Notes under the pieces: generated by a model | Told to the model about the DNA's origin: nothing | The model's input: the letters and a program-made list of their open reading frames with translations, nothing else | Databases searched by the model: none | In this document: positions 53,801 to 64,000 of the stretch, piece after piece | Layout of the letters: each line of letters starts with the position of its first letter | How positions within the stretch are numbered: position 1 is the first letter of the stretch | DNA from: Vicugna vicugna | Lineage: Eukaryota | DNA length: 64,000 nucleotides | NCBI GenBank assembly: GCA_013265495.1 | Contig: MU058844.1 | Location: forward strand, 6,447,260 to 6,511,259 | Direction: 5' to 3' | Translations under genes and position numbers: made by a program

Positions 53801-56800
53801 TTCAGGTATCCTGGCTTTGCAACTCTGCAATCCCAACAGACAGTGTCCAAGGATGCCCCAAAGACTATTATTTCAGCCAACCAGAAAGGGAACAGAATAT
53901 GAAGGAAAGTCTGAGGGAGGTTTTATGGGCCAAACATGAAGTGGTGCACATAGCTTTCACTTACTCAGAAAAAGGGCCACACTAAAGTGCAAGGGAAGCT
54001 GGAATATCTAGACTGATGTCTGCTAGGAAGAAGAGAATGTGGGTTTTGGTGAGCAGAGAGCCATCTCCACCACCTCCTTCAGGAAATCTTTCATTTTGCT
54101 CCTTCTAAAGCCCAGGGTATTTCTACTCTGCTCTCCAGGATGGTTAGGCAGCCTGGAATTCACATTTTAAGATGAGTAGTTTAAGAAATCAGATGATTAT
54201 ACTCAGGAGAAGAGAAAATGAAGTTGAGTTGATTTCAAGATTTTAAGTACCATGATGTACGTCCAAAAAGACTTGTTCTAAGTTGCAAAGGAAGGCTGAA
54301 TTATGCTTACCTTTGTTACAGAGACAAACTTAACAAAAGGACATTCAACAGATATATCAGTCACTGAACGAGACTGTTAATCATAAACTAATGAACTTCG
54401 CTTTATTGAATGGAATGAAGCAAAAGTTTAATATCCATTTACTATCAATGCTGCAAAATGTATTGCTCATCCACTGATGACAGGAGGGAGTTTGGGCTGT
54501 GTGACATTTTCATTCCCCATGTAGCAGAACAATATTTTGAGATGGTAACTGAGGTTCCTTTCTTTTCCTCAGCGTTTCCTTGAATCCATTGCCCTCCCTC
54601 CACTCCCAGCACCATTCAGGCATCAGTAACAGCTTTGTCTATGCATTGCCCTGAGGAGTACAGTCCAAGCTAAGTCAACTGAAACAATAAATATATTCAT
54701 TAGAACCATAGCAAAGATAATTCTCTTGAAATTTATGGCTTTAATGGCAAAACCCAGCAACTTAATTTTAAGGCTGTCTTTCCAGTTGCTTATGCCAATA
54801 CCTTGGAGGCATCACTGACTCCTCCCTGTCTTTCAAAAACCATATCCCCACGTACTAATACCATCAGCTCAACCTTCAGAGTATATACGTATACCTTCAA
54901 GATAAGTCCACATATATTCTGGAATGTGATTTTCTTACCACTTCTGCTGCAGCACTCTGCAACTTCCTACTGCTCTGTAAGCGCTGCGGGTATAGTCCTA
55001 AATCAGTGCCCTTGAATCTGATACTCTGCTGCCTAGAATATTCTTCCCCCAGGTGTCCCATGGCTTATCTCTTGCTGCAGTGCCGCCTTTCCTGGGCTTC
55101 CACATCCATCCTGCCTAACATGATTAATTTTCCTTTGATCCTCCTATCTTGCTTTTCCTTCTTTATCTTTCCTCTTAGTACTTATCAGTAACATATTATC
55201 TGATTTATCTGCAGATCCAAACAGAATGTAAGCTAGTAAAATTTTGTGTCAAGTCATAGTCACTAAATGAATGAATAAAGGGAAACACAAATTTTTTTTT
55301 TAGTTATTATCATTCAATTCAGGTGTAGTACTATGAATTTCCAGACCTTATTTTATGTACTTATTTAATTTGTCTGCTTCTTCCACCAGGACACAAACTC
55401 CATGAGGGAAGAGATTTTGTATGTTTTGTTCCCAGTTATGTCTCCGGAGGCTAAAATAGTGCTTGACAAACAGCACGTTCTAAAAAATATTTGATGAGTG
55501 AATAAATAAAAGGAAGAATGTGATTAGATGGAATGTTATTTTGAAATCTGGTCTTGGTGAGGCTGAATCAAGACTATTCACTGGTTGCTTTCTGAATTTT
55601 TAAGTTAAATAGGTATTTGAAGGACTTTAACAATTATTTTAGTAGATTTTTCAACATGCTGCTAGAAATAGCTATAGATTAGGCCAAGTGAGACCTGCTT
55701 TTTTTTAATTACAGTATAGTCAGTTTACAATGTTATGTGAGACCTGCTTTAACTAATCAAATGTTAGCAGCAAATGTGGCAACTGACACATCTGAAGGGA
55801 AGTTTTAATATGATTGCGTGGTCCAGCTTGACCCTCAGTCATAAGAACAGTATTTACAAATTACAGACGACTCCTTCAGCCTAGATACCAGGCAGAAGCA
55901 CAGCCAGCCTGCAGCCTGCAGGTCACGTGAATAAGAAATATGTCCATGTATTTGAAAACCACTAAGATTTGGGGATTGCCTGTTACACAGAATAACCCAG
56001 TGAAAGATAACTAATACATCTCTCATGATTGATTATTTCACCAAAAGATTAAAACTAACCTGAATAAGAATAGCAGCCTTCTCCCTCTGTTCTAGGATAT
56101 TCACAGTGTTTTTTATTTCTTCTTTCTTTAAAATTGTTTGATTTTCGATGCAGGAATTTGGCGGGGATGTCAGAGGTCCTACTGCAGCAGTACGTAGCTT
56201 TGTAGAGAGATGAACCTGTCTGCGCACAGTGTAACCACGCCAGTATGCCTGGATTACCAGAGCTGCCACACTATTTGGAGGAGAAAAAAAATTTATTACC
56301 CGTTTTAGATAAGTTTTAGATAAGTTTTAGATAAGAGGTCCTCATAAGCTATATTTACTTACAAACATAGACTATATAAAGTATTATTTAAAAATAAGAC
56401 CCATTTTTTTTTTAACAATAGTCACAGAAGTAAAAATGGTATGAAACCTTCAAATCTGAAGAAGAGAGATGGGCCAGTTAACTTAGAGAGGGGTATGAGT
56501 ACTGGGGATTTTTGTCTGTTTCTCTTAAGGAAGAAGGTATTACTGAGATTTTGTATGATACTGAAGATGCTGAACCAGTAGGGGAGGGGGGAGTGGCGAT
56601 GCAAAAGAGGGGGACAAATGTAGGAGCCAGTGTTGAGTTGGCAAGATAGGATGGGACCTTGTTCACAGCGAAGAGATTAGGTTTTGAGAGGAAGGAGGGT
56701 CCCACTTCACTGTAAAAGGACCCATCAGGTCTTGCTAGCTACACTCTGCTCCCTACCCATGGACAAATACTTAAATCACACCCTTACAAGCCCAGTAGTA

Positions 56801-58020
56801 AATTCTAACATTTTTCCAGCCTACATCTATTTGCCAGTTTCAGGTACAGAATCAATCAACACTGTGTTTTTCTCACATCCCCAGAGGCTCCCCCAGCAAC
56901 ACTAGCAAAGTCTGACTAATCATGTACATTAACTTTCAGTGGGTTCTCAGTTTGCTTGATCATTTAACTCTTTGTAATTGTATGTTTTCCTTTCCCCACG
57001 CAGATTATTGCAGGAATATTACCAAGATACAGAGTACAGTCAAAGTGCTAATTATTGTCTTGATCGCCCTTCAAACTTCCGAGTTTAGTTTAAAAGGCAT
57101 CCAAAGGACAAGTGACTCTTGCATATCCACCTTCCTCGGGCTCCCTTGAAACAGTTTTCAATAATTTTATAATTGCCAAACCCAATGGACTTTTTTTCAT
57201 TCCTCATAACAGTGACTTTAAGGCAAAGTGGAATTAAGTGATAAACTGCCAGGCATGACCATACATTTTTTTTCTCATAGAAATATATTTGTGGGAGATT
57301 AGAAAGGAATGAGGTACTATTTTTCTATTGTTATTAATGTTGTTATCATCATCATCACCATTTACCTAAAGCCTGAGAAAGCCTTCAATCTATTTGGCTA
57401 TGAATAGAAAATTAAAGTTAGTGGATAAAACTTCTTTCTTGCTTAAAATAAACTCCTCGTACTTCTAATAAATGGGAAAAATGTATTTCAACAAATCTTC
57501 TCCTCCTTCTAGGGTAAACAGAACTTAGCAGATTTTGCTATGGAATTAATTCATGTTTGGTTATTTAACCATTAACTCATTCCTTCATCTTTTGAACAAA
57601 AAAGAGTTAGGGAATTTTAAGGCACTATAATATGTATTTAGGTGATAAAGAAAAACATCTGAAAATGTATTTGTAATGTATAACTGGTAAAGAATGAAAG
57701 GTTGTAAGGAAACACATTTAACCTGAGACAGCATCTTTTATTTCTCTACAGATACATACAAGTTTCACTGACTGGAATGGTGACTTTCTTGTAAAGCTGA
57801 CTAGTCTTTGAGTGCTTGAATTCCTTGGCCCACTATCATCAAAATTTCCCAAGGGAGAAAATAAAGAGATAGATGAGGGAAACTTTCCTCAGTGACACCA
57901 TGCTTTTCATCATGCAGAAGGCAGTGAAATCAGGTAGAGAAGCTGACTTTAGGGCTTCCTTAATGGAGGGTGCTCTCCATGTTGAGAAAAGCAGCTCAGA
58001 TTATAACAGTCATCACCACC

Positions 58021-58051
<31 letters not shown>

Positions 58052-61000
58052 TCTCTTTTTTGGAAAAATAATGATGATAAAAATGCCCTTAGCATAAGAA
58101 CACATATAAATCATACTTAGGAAACACCTACACAATGACGGTGAATCTTCCTGAATCACTGAATGGCAAGGTTCGGCAAGTGGATAGACATTTTCCTTTC
58201 CCTTTATTCTTTAGATTTTTGGTATGTGTGTATTTTCAGTCCTTCATCCTTCCTTATTATTATCATTTGGCTATTTTATTTATCATGGATTAAGAAATTC
58301 TAAATGTTATTTGTCTGAAATTTCATGAGCAAGGTCTGGAGTGTTTGGAGCTAATAGGATTCAAATAGGAAATATCTGGGGTGTCCTGGTTAACATTACC
58401 CAAATATGGTGCCTTGGCATACTGACTATTTTAAGCTGAAGGAATTTGAGAAAAGGCACGTTCAGGAAAAATTTTCTGACCTTCCCTGGAAGCATGTCAT
58501 AAGACTGTCATGTGAGAGGTCTTTATAGTATTTTTTAGAATAATGTGGTTATTTCTTTTCTCCTTAAAATTCATTTTAATTATTTAGAGACTAGAGGGCA
58601 GAAAAAATAATTTCACACGTACTCATTTTAAATCAAATAGTCAATTAAACCAGAACCTGTCAAAATTCAACCAAGTTAATCTGCACTGTAGTTAATAATT
58701 TGTACGTGTCATAAAAACATAATTAAGGGAATTAACATAATACTGATTAAGTCCTTTACCCAGTTACCATTTGGTAATAATGACTAAGCCAAAAAATAAT
58801 AAAATACAACTGCAAAAGAAAAATGATCTATAAATCTTACATTTTTTCAGGATGTTCAACATTTTGGCAGTTCTCCAGCAGACACCTTGTCATGACTGTT
58901 TCCATGAATGGGACCATTTTGGTGGGGATACTGCTTGCCTTGATGTCTTCTTTTTTCTCGCCTACTATTTCTGAATGATTTCTTCCTTCAGTATCTTCAG
59001 ATAAGGAGAGGCTGGTTAATGGGGAGTGACTAGTGCCAGATTCTTTCCATTTTTCAGATATACCTGGTGAATCCAGTTTATGTTCATTTGCACAAGAGTA
59101 AAGGACTGTGTTTTGCAGTATGCTGTCACTGTTTGTAGGAGCCAGATGATTTTGCTGGGCTTCTGATCCACCTCTCTTGGTGATACCTTGTTCATGCGCA
59201 CATCGACATTCATTACTAAGTGTCATCAATTTCTTAAAATAATGGCAGAGATTTTCTGCAGCATCCAAGGTGAATATATTTCTGAGCAAATAAATAATGA
59301 GGATGTTTAATAAGAAGAATTATATCAGCAGGTATTAAAACTTGTATAGGTTTTGAAAATGTCCCTGTGTGGCCTGACATGAATATTAAACTTTACTACA
59401 GCATTCATTAAAAATTTATTTCTGGTTGTTTATATTAAAATCGATCTCATTTCCAACAAAATCTGAAAATATTTGTTTAGTTAATTTCAATCCATCAATT
59501 CAGACAAAATGTCTGGAAGTTTTAGAACCATTTTTATTCTAGGTATTTTTGGTACAAATGAATGAGAAAAATCCATGCTTTTACTACCACAAACATGAGA
59601 AATTATGGCTGCCTAAATTTGGAGAAGTTATTTATGAAACAAAGTTAAAAGTACTTTGTACGTTGACTTTTGCCATGCAAAATATTTGTATTGGACTTTT
59701 AAACAAAGAACCTATGGGAAAGTTTTTATTCCCAATTTCTCTGGAAAAAGAATCCATTGCAAAGAGAATTCAAATACTTTAAGACATAAATGCTTGTGAT
59801 TCTCTTGAACAATTGTTGGATTTAACTACACCAAACAAAATGAAAGGAACTATTATTTCCTAAAATGTAGAGGTAGACAGTTCCTATGTCCACAAAGGTA
59901 ATTATTAGACATTAGCATAGGTTCCTCTGACATATTTTTGATATTTTGCGTTTTATTCATTTTCTAGGCTAATAATGCAGGAAAGGTTCAATTCAATATT
60001 GGATGTCAATTGTTTCTGGTTAGGTGTTGAATTCACCACCATTTATGATTAAACATAAAGAATACAGTCTATTTTCCATTCTAAATTGAAACTTTAAGTT
60101 GCAATGACAATAAATTATCCAAAGAATTGAGAAATCTAAATTTCAGTATAAGAAGTGTCAAGAGTCACCTTTATATAAAAATTGTAGATTGTTATACGTT
60201 TAGATTTCTGAAAAGATAAATGTGAAAAACCTTAGTATTTTTTTTAAAACTATACATTATAACAATTGGAACAATTTTTAAAGCTGTAACATTTATTTAT
60301 AACCTGAATAGACTATATTCAAAAACATTTAAATAGAAAAACCAACTCTCACATAGAATAAGCATGTATGAAAGTAAAATAGCAATAATTTAAGTATGTA
60401 ATCTAATAATTAAGTCTAGACATTTGGAAGCACATATCATTGCTCCGTTTCATCAGAAGTGAAATATAAAATAATTTTCCTTTTTAATTTGTGTTTTCTG
60501 GAGCTATATAAATTAGAAAATACAGCTTTAAAAACATCAGTTGTAATGCTTCCAGAATTCAGGGTGAGGAATGGGAAATTCTCTTCCGTTGATTTTTTTT
60601 TTTAGGACTCTACTTTCCAGCTTCTGCCTTCCAAATATATGCATGTGATGACTCCTTTTCTCTACTGTGTTCCTATAATACCTTAATATACAAATATATG
60701 TGTAACATGATACTTTACATGTTATAAATATATATATAAATATTATATGCTTTATAAAATTACCTTGCTCTGTTGTAACTATTTATCTAATTTTCCCTTA
60801 ATGTAATCTGTGAATTTTTTAAGGGTAAGTGTAATACTTAGCTTATTATGTGTCTTGCCCATCAATAATTGTTGAATTAATTGTATAACCAACTGAATGT
60901 TTGCACCTTGTCTTAAAACCATCACCATGCTTTCAATTCTTATCTAATTTAACATTTAACATTATCTTATCTATCTTATCTAGTTTAACATTTAAATTAT

Positions 61001-61389
61001 GTTTTAAATTATATTCAATATACATATTAATACATTTCAAATAATAAAAAAGATGGTGCCTAGAAGTTCTTTTTTAAAGCGAAAATATCCCTGAAACACA
61101 CTGTACTAATCCAAAAGAGTATGACTGTATTAATGAGAATAATTTTTAAACATATGTATAAATTGCATTATATTTTTTAATTATAACGAGGGAAAGATAA
61201 CAGTCTTACCCTTTTCCAGTAATATATTTCTCAGTTAGTAAATTAAATTCTCTAATCTGGGACCGACAAAGTACCAGGAAATGCTCTAATTCTAGTTGAT
61301 GGTGTTCTTCAGTGTCACTTTCTGAATAAGAGGTTAGCATTTCATCATTGAGGATTCTTAGAGCAGGTAATATTTTAAGTAGAGAATGC
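26766..61389 (-). CDS. LRRIQ1: Leucine-rich repeat and IQ motif containing protein 1, partial (9 internal coding exons; gene extends past both window ends)
   Basis: Join of 61210-61389, 58841-59281, 56060-56270, 48757-48876, 37077-37166, 36292-36419, 35665-35760, 35337-35416 and 26766-26867. All junctions are GT-AG, phases match and 1448 nt stay open. The peptide has IQ motifs ([24 protein letters not shown]) and closely resembles the mammalian LRRIQ1 C-terminal half as I recall it (e.g. [34 protein letters not shown]). Confidence 0.95.
27900..28180 (+). mobile_element. 5'-truncated cetartiodactyl/camelid-type L1 3'UTR
   Basis: ggataaatcaggagtttaagatttgcagatactaactac...gctgtacaccagaaactgacacaac, AATAAA and an A tail; homologous to the copies at 29765, 37433 and 52900. 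Confidence 0.9.
28775..28960 (+). mobile_element. MIR relic
   Basis: cagacctaggtt...ttcactagttgtatgactctggacaaatt...tgtgagaatgagataatg. Confidence 0.6.
29765..30297 (-). mobile_element. 5'-truncated camelid-type L1 (ORF2 end plus 3'UTR) with 15-bp TSD
   Basis: Exact TSD TGGAAATAGGTTTTA at 29750-29764 and 30298-30312; body is the reverse complement of the 52780-53190 sequence. Confidence 0.93.
32454..32469 (-). promoter_or_regulatory. Candidate CTCF binding site
   Basis: Minus strand reads GCCACCAGAGGGCAGC, essentially the CTCF core consensus. Confidence 0.65.
32997..33123 (-). mobile_element. tRNA-derived SINE (camelid Vic-1-like)
   Basis: Minus strand has A box CAGCTCAGTGGTAGAG, B box GAGTTCAATC and an A-rich tail; degenerate TSD aatctaatagtat/aatctaaccgtat. 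Confidence 0.8.
35337..35416 (-). CDS. LRRIQ1: LRRIQ1 exon, 80 nt: [26 protein letters not shown]
   Basis: Acceptor tcttttaatag|G and donor G|gtgagt; phase 2 to phase 1. Confidence 0.93.
35665..35760 (-). CDS. LRRIQ1: LRRIQ1 exon, 96 nt: [31 protein letters not shown]
   Basis: Acceptor ttccctattgccag|A and donor TG|gtatgt; phase 2 to phase 2. Confidence 0.92.
36292..36419 (-). CDS. LRRIQ1: LRRIQ1 exon, 128 nt: [42 protein letters not shown]
   Basis: Acceptor poly-T then ctgataag|CTC, donor AG|gtaagc; phase 0 to phase 2. Confidence 0.88.
37077..37166 (-). CDS. LRRIQ1: LRRIQ1 exon, 90 nt: [30 protein letters not shown]
   Basis: Acceptor ttatttgtgcag|GCT and donor AAG|gtaaca; phase 0 to phase 0. 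Confidence 0.92.
37433..37733 (+). mobile_element. 5'-truncated camelid-type L1 3'UTR with 12-bp TSD
   Basis: TSD AAGAGGTGCAGA at 37421-37432 and 37734-37745; AATAAA near the 3' end. Confidence 0.93.
38915..41357 (+). mobile_element. Old L1 (L1MB-like): 5'UTR, ORF1 remnant and inter-ORF spacer joined to the 3' terminus; ORF2 absent
   Basis: 5' start gggattctgggaagatgg; ORF1 remnants at ~39750-40620 (aagggacctgtgagacacc, aatacattcaaggtgctgaaagaaaa); 3' terminus gtaagatggtaaatttt...ttaccacaataaaaaaa. Confidence 0.8.
40701..40834 (-). mobile_element. tRNA-derived SINE (camelid Vic-1-like) nested in the old L1
   Basis: Homologous to 32997-33123; TSD aagcaaccattgtt (40687-40700) / aagcaactattgtt (40840-40853). 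Confidence 0.85.
43424..46200 (+). mobile_element. ERVL-class provirus remnant: partial 5' LTR (MER54/LTR53-like) plus degraded internal pol region
   Basis: LTR-like start gggagacaatcctccatgagtctcacatttctgca; RNase H-like remnants near 44720-44890 ([26 protein letters not shown]); higher GC than the flanks; no intact ORF. Confidence 0.6.
46545..48215 (+). mobile_element. Ancient L1 (L1MD/ME-like) ORF2 remnant plus 3'UTR
   Basis: ctggatacaaggtcagtat, aaatacctaggaataaatctaacc, gaaatgcaaattaaaac, aaactaggcaaaactaatctatga. Confidence 0.8.
48757..48876 (-). CDS. LRRIQ1: LRRIQ1 exon, 120 nt: [40 protein letters not shown]
   Basis: Acceptor tttttgtttag|GCA and donor GAA|gtaagt; completes the second IQ motif; phase 0 to phase 0. 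Confidence 0.94.
49345..50010 (+). mobile_element. Old L1 fragments (L1MC4/5-like)
   Basis: ggagtaggaaaagctttcctaactataactcca; gacttctctgaatacacctt. Confidence 0.4.
50030..50245 (+). mobile_element. LTR fragment (MER21-like)
   Basis: gacttggtcaatgactgccaacttc...ccaaccagaga...caatcacataagatgacccacttctagt. Confidence 0.5.
50247..50276 (+). repeat. (ATGT)n(GT)n compound microsatellite
   Basis: Visible tandem units. Confidence 0.85.
51007..51378 (-). mobile_element. MaLR solo LTR (MLT1A-like)
   Basis: tgtcttggtctg...taacaaaaataccatagact...ggactaattccattca...aaacattcagcctatag. Confidence 0.85.
51970..53200 (+). mobile_element. 5'-truncated camelid-type L1 (ORF2 C-terminus, frameshifted, plus 3'UTR)
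   Basis: ORF-track peptides [25 protein letters not shown] and [11 protein letters not shown] are L1 ORF2 C-terminal motifs; degenerate TSD aaatgtgtaacaa (51957-51969) / aaatgtgtagtaa (53202-53214). Confidence 0.95.
53659..54073 (-). mobile_element. Old MaLR LTR (MLT1J/K-like)
   Basis: tgtattagttagggta...atttatttcctgatcacat...gcaagggaagctggaa...ttttggtgagcag. Confidence 0.6.
55330..55510 (+). mobile_element. L2 3' end
   Basis: aactccatgagggaagagattttgt...aaatatttgatgagtgaataaat. Confidence 0.7.
55702..55736 (-). mobile_element. ~35-bp L1 3'-terminal micro-insertion with 14-bp TSD
   Basis: TSD GTGAGACCTGCTTT at 55688-55701 and 55737-55750; insert agtatagtcagtttacaatgt matches the L1 end at 29805-29825. 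Confidence 0.85.
55835..56018 (+). mobile_element. MLT1 LTR 3' fragment next to an exon donor
   Basis: aaccactaagatttggggattgcctgttacacag...ctaataca. Confidence 0.6.
56060..56270 (-). CDS. LRRIQ1: LRRIQ1 exon, 211 nt: IQ motif [18 protein letters not shown]...EKAAILIQ
   Basis: Acceptor ttttctcctccaaatag|T and donor CAG|gttagt; canonical IQxxxRGxxxR motif; phase 2 to phase 0. Confidence 0.95.
56302..56334 (+). repeat. (GTTTTAGATAA)3 tandem repeat
   Basis: Three exact 11-bp units. Confidence 0.95.
58011..58053 (+). repeat. (CAC/CAT)n trinucleotide microsatellite
   Basis: catcaccaccaccatcatcatcatcgtcatcatcatcatcatc; intronic. Confidence 0.9.
58378..58520 (+). mobile_element. ERV1 LTR 5' fragment (MER34/MER39-like)
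   Basis: cccaaatatggtgccttggcatactgactattttaagctgaaggaatttgagaa. Confidence 0.6.
58841..59281 (-). CDS. LRRIQ1: LRRIQ1 exon, 441 nt: [19 protein letters not shown]...VEHPEK
   Basis: Acceptor tttgctcag|A and donor AT|gtaaga; lies within the 150-aa ORF 58837-59289; phase 2 to phase 2. Confidence 0.93.
61210..61389 (-). CDS. LRRIQ1: LRRIQ1 exon, 180 nt: [59 protein letters not shown] (LRR-cap-like end)
   Basis: Acceptor ttcctgttttcaatag|G and donor GG|gtaaga; phase 2 to phase 2; not in the ORF track. Confidence 0.92.
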
Positions 61390-61879
61390 CTATTGAAAAC
61401 AGGAAAATAATTAATCTTGAAAAGGAGAGTTTATATCTAAAATAACTATATGCCTATTACTTAATATAAGCACAGAGTATATTTCAGAAGCCATTATTGA
61501 TTTTGCAGAGAAAATATACTGTTAAATTAATTTTTTAAATGTATGGTATCATATCATGTACAAAGTAAGTTTTGGAGTTTTTGACACACATTTAACCATT
61601 TTCTTCTAAAATACAAATGGGAAATTCAAGCAGTTGGAAACTTGGGCTGTGAGTAAATAAAAGGCTGCATTATGAGAAGCACAGTATCAGACACACTCCT
61701 TTAAAAATAATATAATTAAAATAAGTTGCTGTTTATTTCAGAAATACATATGAGTTCTGATTGATTCTCAATAAAATATAGTAAGAGTTGGGCTAAAACA
61801 AGCGAGGTGGTGATTACCATGATTTTCATGATCTGAAAAATCCAAAATGATACTATTTCTCCTTGAATTATAATTCAAG

Positions 61880-62030
61880 GATTATAATAAAAATCTATTA
61901 TAATATAATAAAATCTATTATATATTTACTATATATTATATATATTTTACTTACTCAGAAAAAGGGGTACACTATATATGATATTATATTATATTATATT
62001 ATATACAATCTATTATAATATAATAAAAAT
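61880..62030. repeat. AT-rich low-complexity tract with repeated aatctattata units
   Basis: Visible imperfect repeats. Confidence 0.75.
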
Positions 62031-62244
62031 AAGAAATGAGCAAAAGTATATATCAATTTAAAAGAGCAATGCTGTGAAAAACTAGGTCAGAAAGCAAGAG
62101 TGGTCCACCAAGCCTAGCCACTTAGAAGTACTTCCCAAGCCTTTCACAAGAAGAGCCTGGGCTTTTAACAAGGCTATTGATGGTCACAGGGGCAAAGTAG
62201 ACTTCTCGAATGGGTAAAACTCCTTAGTGAAAAACTAACAGTTC

Positions 62245-64000
62245 CTATGAGGAAAACTACCAATCACTGACAAAAGATATCACAGAAGACTAAATAAATG
62301 GAAAAATGTCCCATGAAAAATCTTCATGGATAAGAAGATTCAATATTGTCAAGAAGTCAGTTTTTCCCAACTTGATCTATGGATAAAATACAATTTCAGT
62401 AAAATACCAGCAAGATATTTTGTGGATATCAACAACTGGTTCTAAAGTTTATATGAAGAGGCAACACATGCTGAGAGCCTACTTAATTTTGAAGGAGAAG
62501 AGCAAAGTTGGAAGACTAACACTACCTGACTTCAAGATTTACCTATGAAGCTACAGTAACCAAGAAAACGCGGTAACAGCCAAAAATAAACAAGTAGATC
62601 AGTGGAACAGAAGAGAGAACACAGAAATACACCCACATAATACAGTAAACTGATCTTCGACAAAAGAGCAAACACAACACAAGAAGAAAAGATAATCCTT
62701 TCAACTACTGGTGCTAGAACAACTGAACACCCACATGAAAAATAAAATCTAGACACAGACCTCTCACCTTTCACAAAAATTAGCTCACTGACCTAAAAGC
62801 AAAATGCAAAACCTTGAAACTCCTAGAAGTTAAACAGAAGAAAATCTAGATGACCTTGGTTATGGGAATAACTTTTTAGGTACAATACCAAATACATATC
62901 TGTGAAAAAATTATTGATGAGTTGAAATTCCTTAAAATTAAAAATTCCTGCTCCTAGGGACACTGTAAAGAGAATATGTCATACATTAGAAGAAAGTATT
63001 TACAAAAGACACATCTGATACAAGACTATTATTCAAAATATACAAAGTATTCTTAAAACTAAGAGAAATGAATGTCTCAAAAATGAGCCAAAGACCTTAA
63101 AAGACATCTCACCAAAGAAAGGATGGCAAATAAGCATTAATTAAGGAATTGCAAATTATAATGAGGTACCATTAGCTCTGTATTAAAATGTCTACAATCC
63201 AAAACATGGAAAACATCAAATGCTGGTGAGGATGTGGAGAAATGGGAATTCTCATTAAGTGCTGGTGGTAATTCAAAAATGGTAGAGACACTTTGGAAGA
63301 CAGTTTGCTGGTTAACATATTTTTACCATTCGATCTAGCAATCAGGCTCCTTGGTATTTACCCAAATGAATTGAAAACTTATGTCCACACAAAAAGCTGC
63401 CCACAGATGTTTACAGCAGCTTTATTTGTATTAGCCAAAACTTGAAAGCAATCAAGATGTCCTTCAGTAGGTGAATTGATAAACTTCAATACATCCATGC
63501 AATGTAATATTATTTAATACTAAAAAGAAATGAACTATCAAGCCATGAACAAACATGTAAGAAACTTAAGTGCATATTACCAAGTGGAAAAAGCCAATAT
63601 GAAAAGGCTATATACTGTATTATGATTCCAATGGCATTACAGTCTGGGAAAAAAGCAAAACTATGAAGACAAAAAAATTAATGGTTGCCAGGGGTTAAAA
63701 TAGAGGAGGAGATGAACAGGCAAAGCACAGAGGATTTTTAGGGCAGTACAACTCTTCCATATAATGCTATATGGTAGATACATGTCATTACACATTTGCC
63801 AAAACCCTTGGAATGTAGAACACCAAGAGGGAACCCCAAAGTAAACTATGGACTTCAGGTGATAATGATGGGTCAGTGTAGGTTCACTGATTGTAAAAGG
63901 TGTACCACTTTGGTGCAGAATTTTGACAGGGAGGCTGTGTGTGTAGGGATGGGGGTATGTGGGAACTCTCTGTACTTTGCGTTCCATTTTGCTATTAACC
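62245..64000 (+). mobile_element. Old L1 (L1MC1/2-like) ORF2 3' part plus 3'UTR
   Basis: Collinear with 1255-2970 (tatgaggaaaactac...ctctgtactt) but independently mutated. Confidence 0.9.

Noticed and set aside
57873..58097. 74-aa ORF with a poly-His tract
   Set aside because: The His run comes from an intronic CAT/CAC microsatellite antisense to LRRIQ1; there is no other coding evidence.
1255..64000. Similarity between 1255-2970 and 62245-64000, suggesting terminal repeats or a segmental duplication
   Set aside because: Both are independently decayed copies of the same old L1 subfamily, with different indels and no shared unique flanks.
1..64000. CRISPR array, operon or other prokaryotic-type novel system
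   Set aside because: The sequence is mammalian intron/exon DNA with no repeat-spacer arrays and no dense long ORFs.

Overview
This is AT-rich mammalian genomic DNA. It is most likely camelid, because it carries two tRNA-derived SINEs resembling camelid Vic-1 and several cetartiodactyl-type L1 3' ends. The whole window lies inside one minus-strand gene, which I recognise as LRRIQ1 (leucine-rich repeat and IQ motif containing 1). Nine consecutive GT-AG coding exons run from 61389 down to 26766 (1448 nt, phases consistent, no stops) and encode the end of the LRR region, two IQ motifs and part of the C-terminal region. Both the start and the stop lie outside the window, and 1-26765 looks like a single large intron. 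The rest is intronic: old and young L1s, L2 and MIR relics, MaLR/ERV LTRs, an ERVL-like internal remnant and microsatellites. Most ORFs in the supplied track are spurious or TE-derived. I found no support for a new protein-coding system. The best leads are two co-oriented near-consensus CTCF motifs and TE-poor, homeodomain-site-rich blocks (possible regulatory elements for ALX1, the gene 3' of LRRIQ1 in human), an L1 lacking ORF2, a ~35-bp L1 micro-insertion with a perfect TSD, and a composite insert carrying an isolated L1 promoter tip. Repeat subfamily names come from recall and need Dfam/RepeatMasker confirmation.
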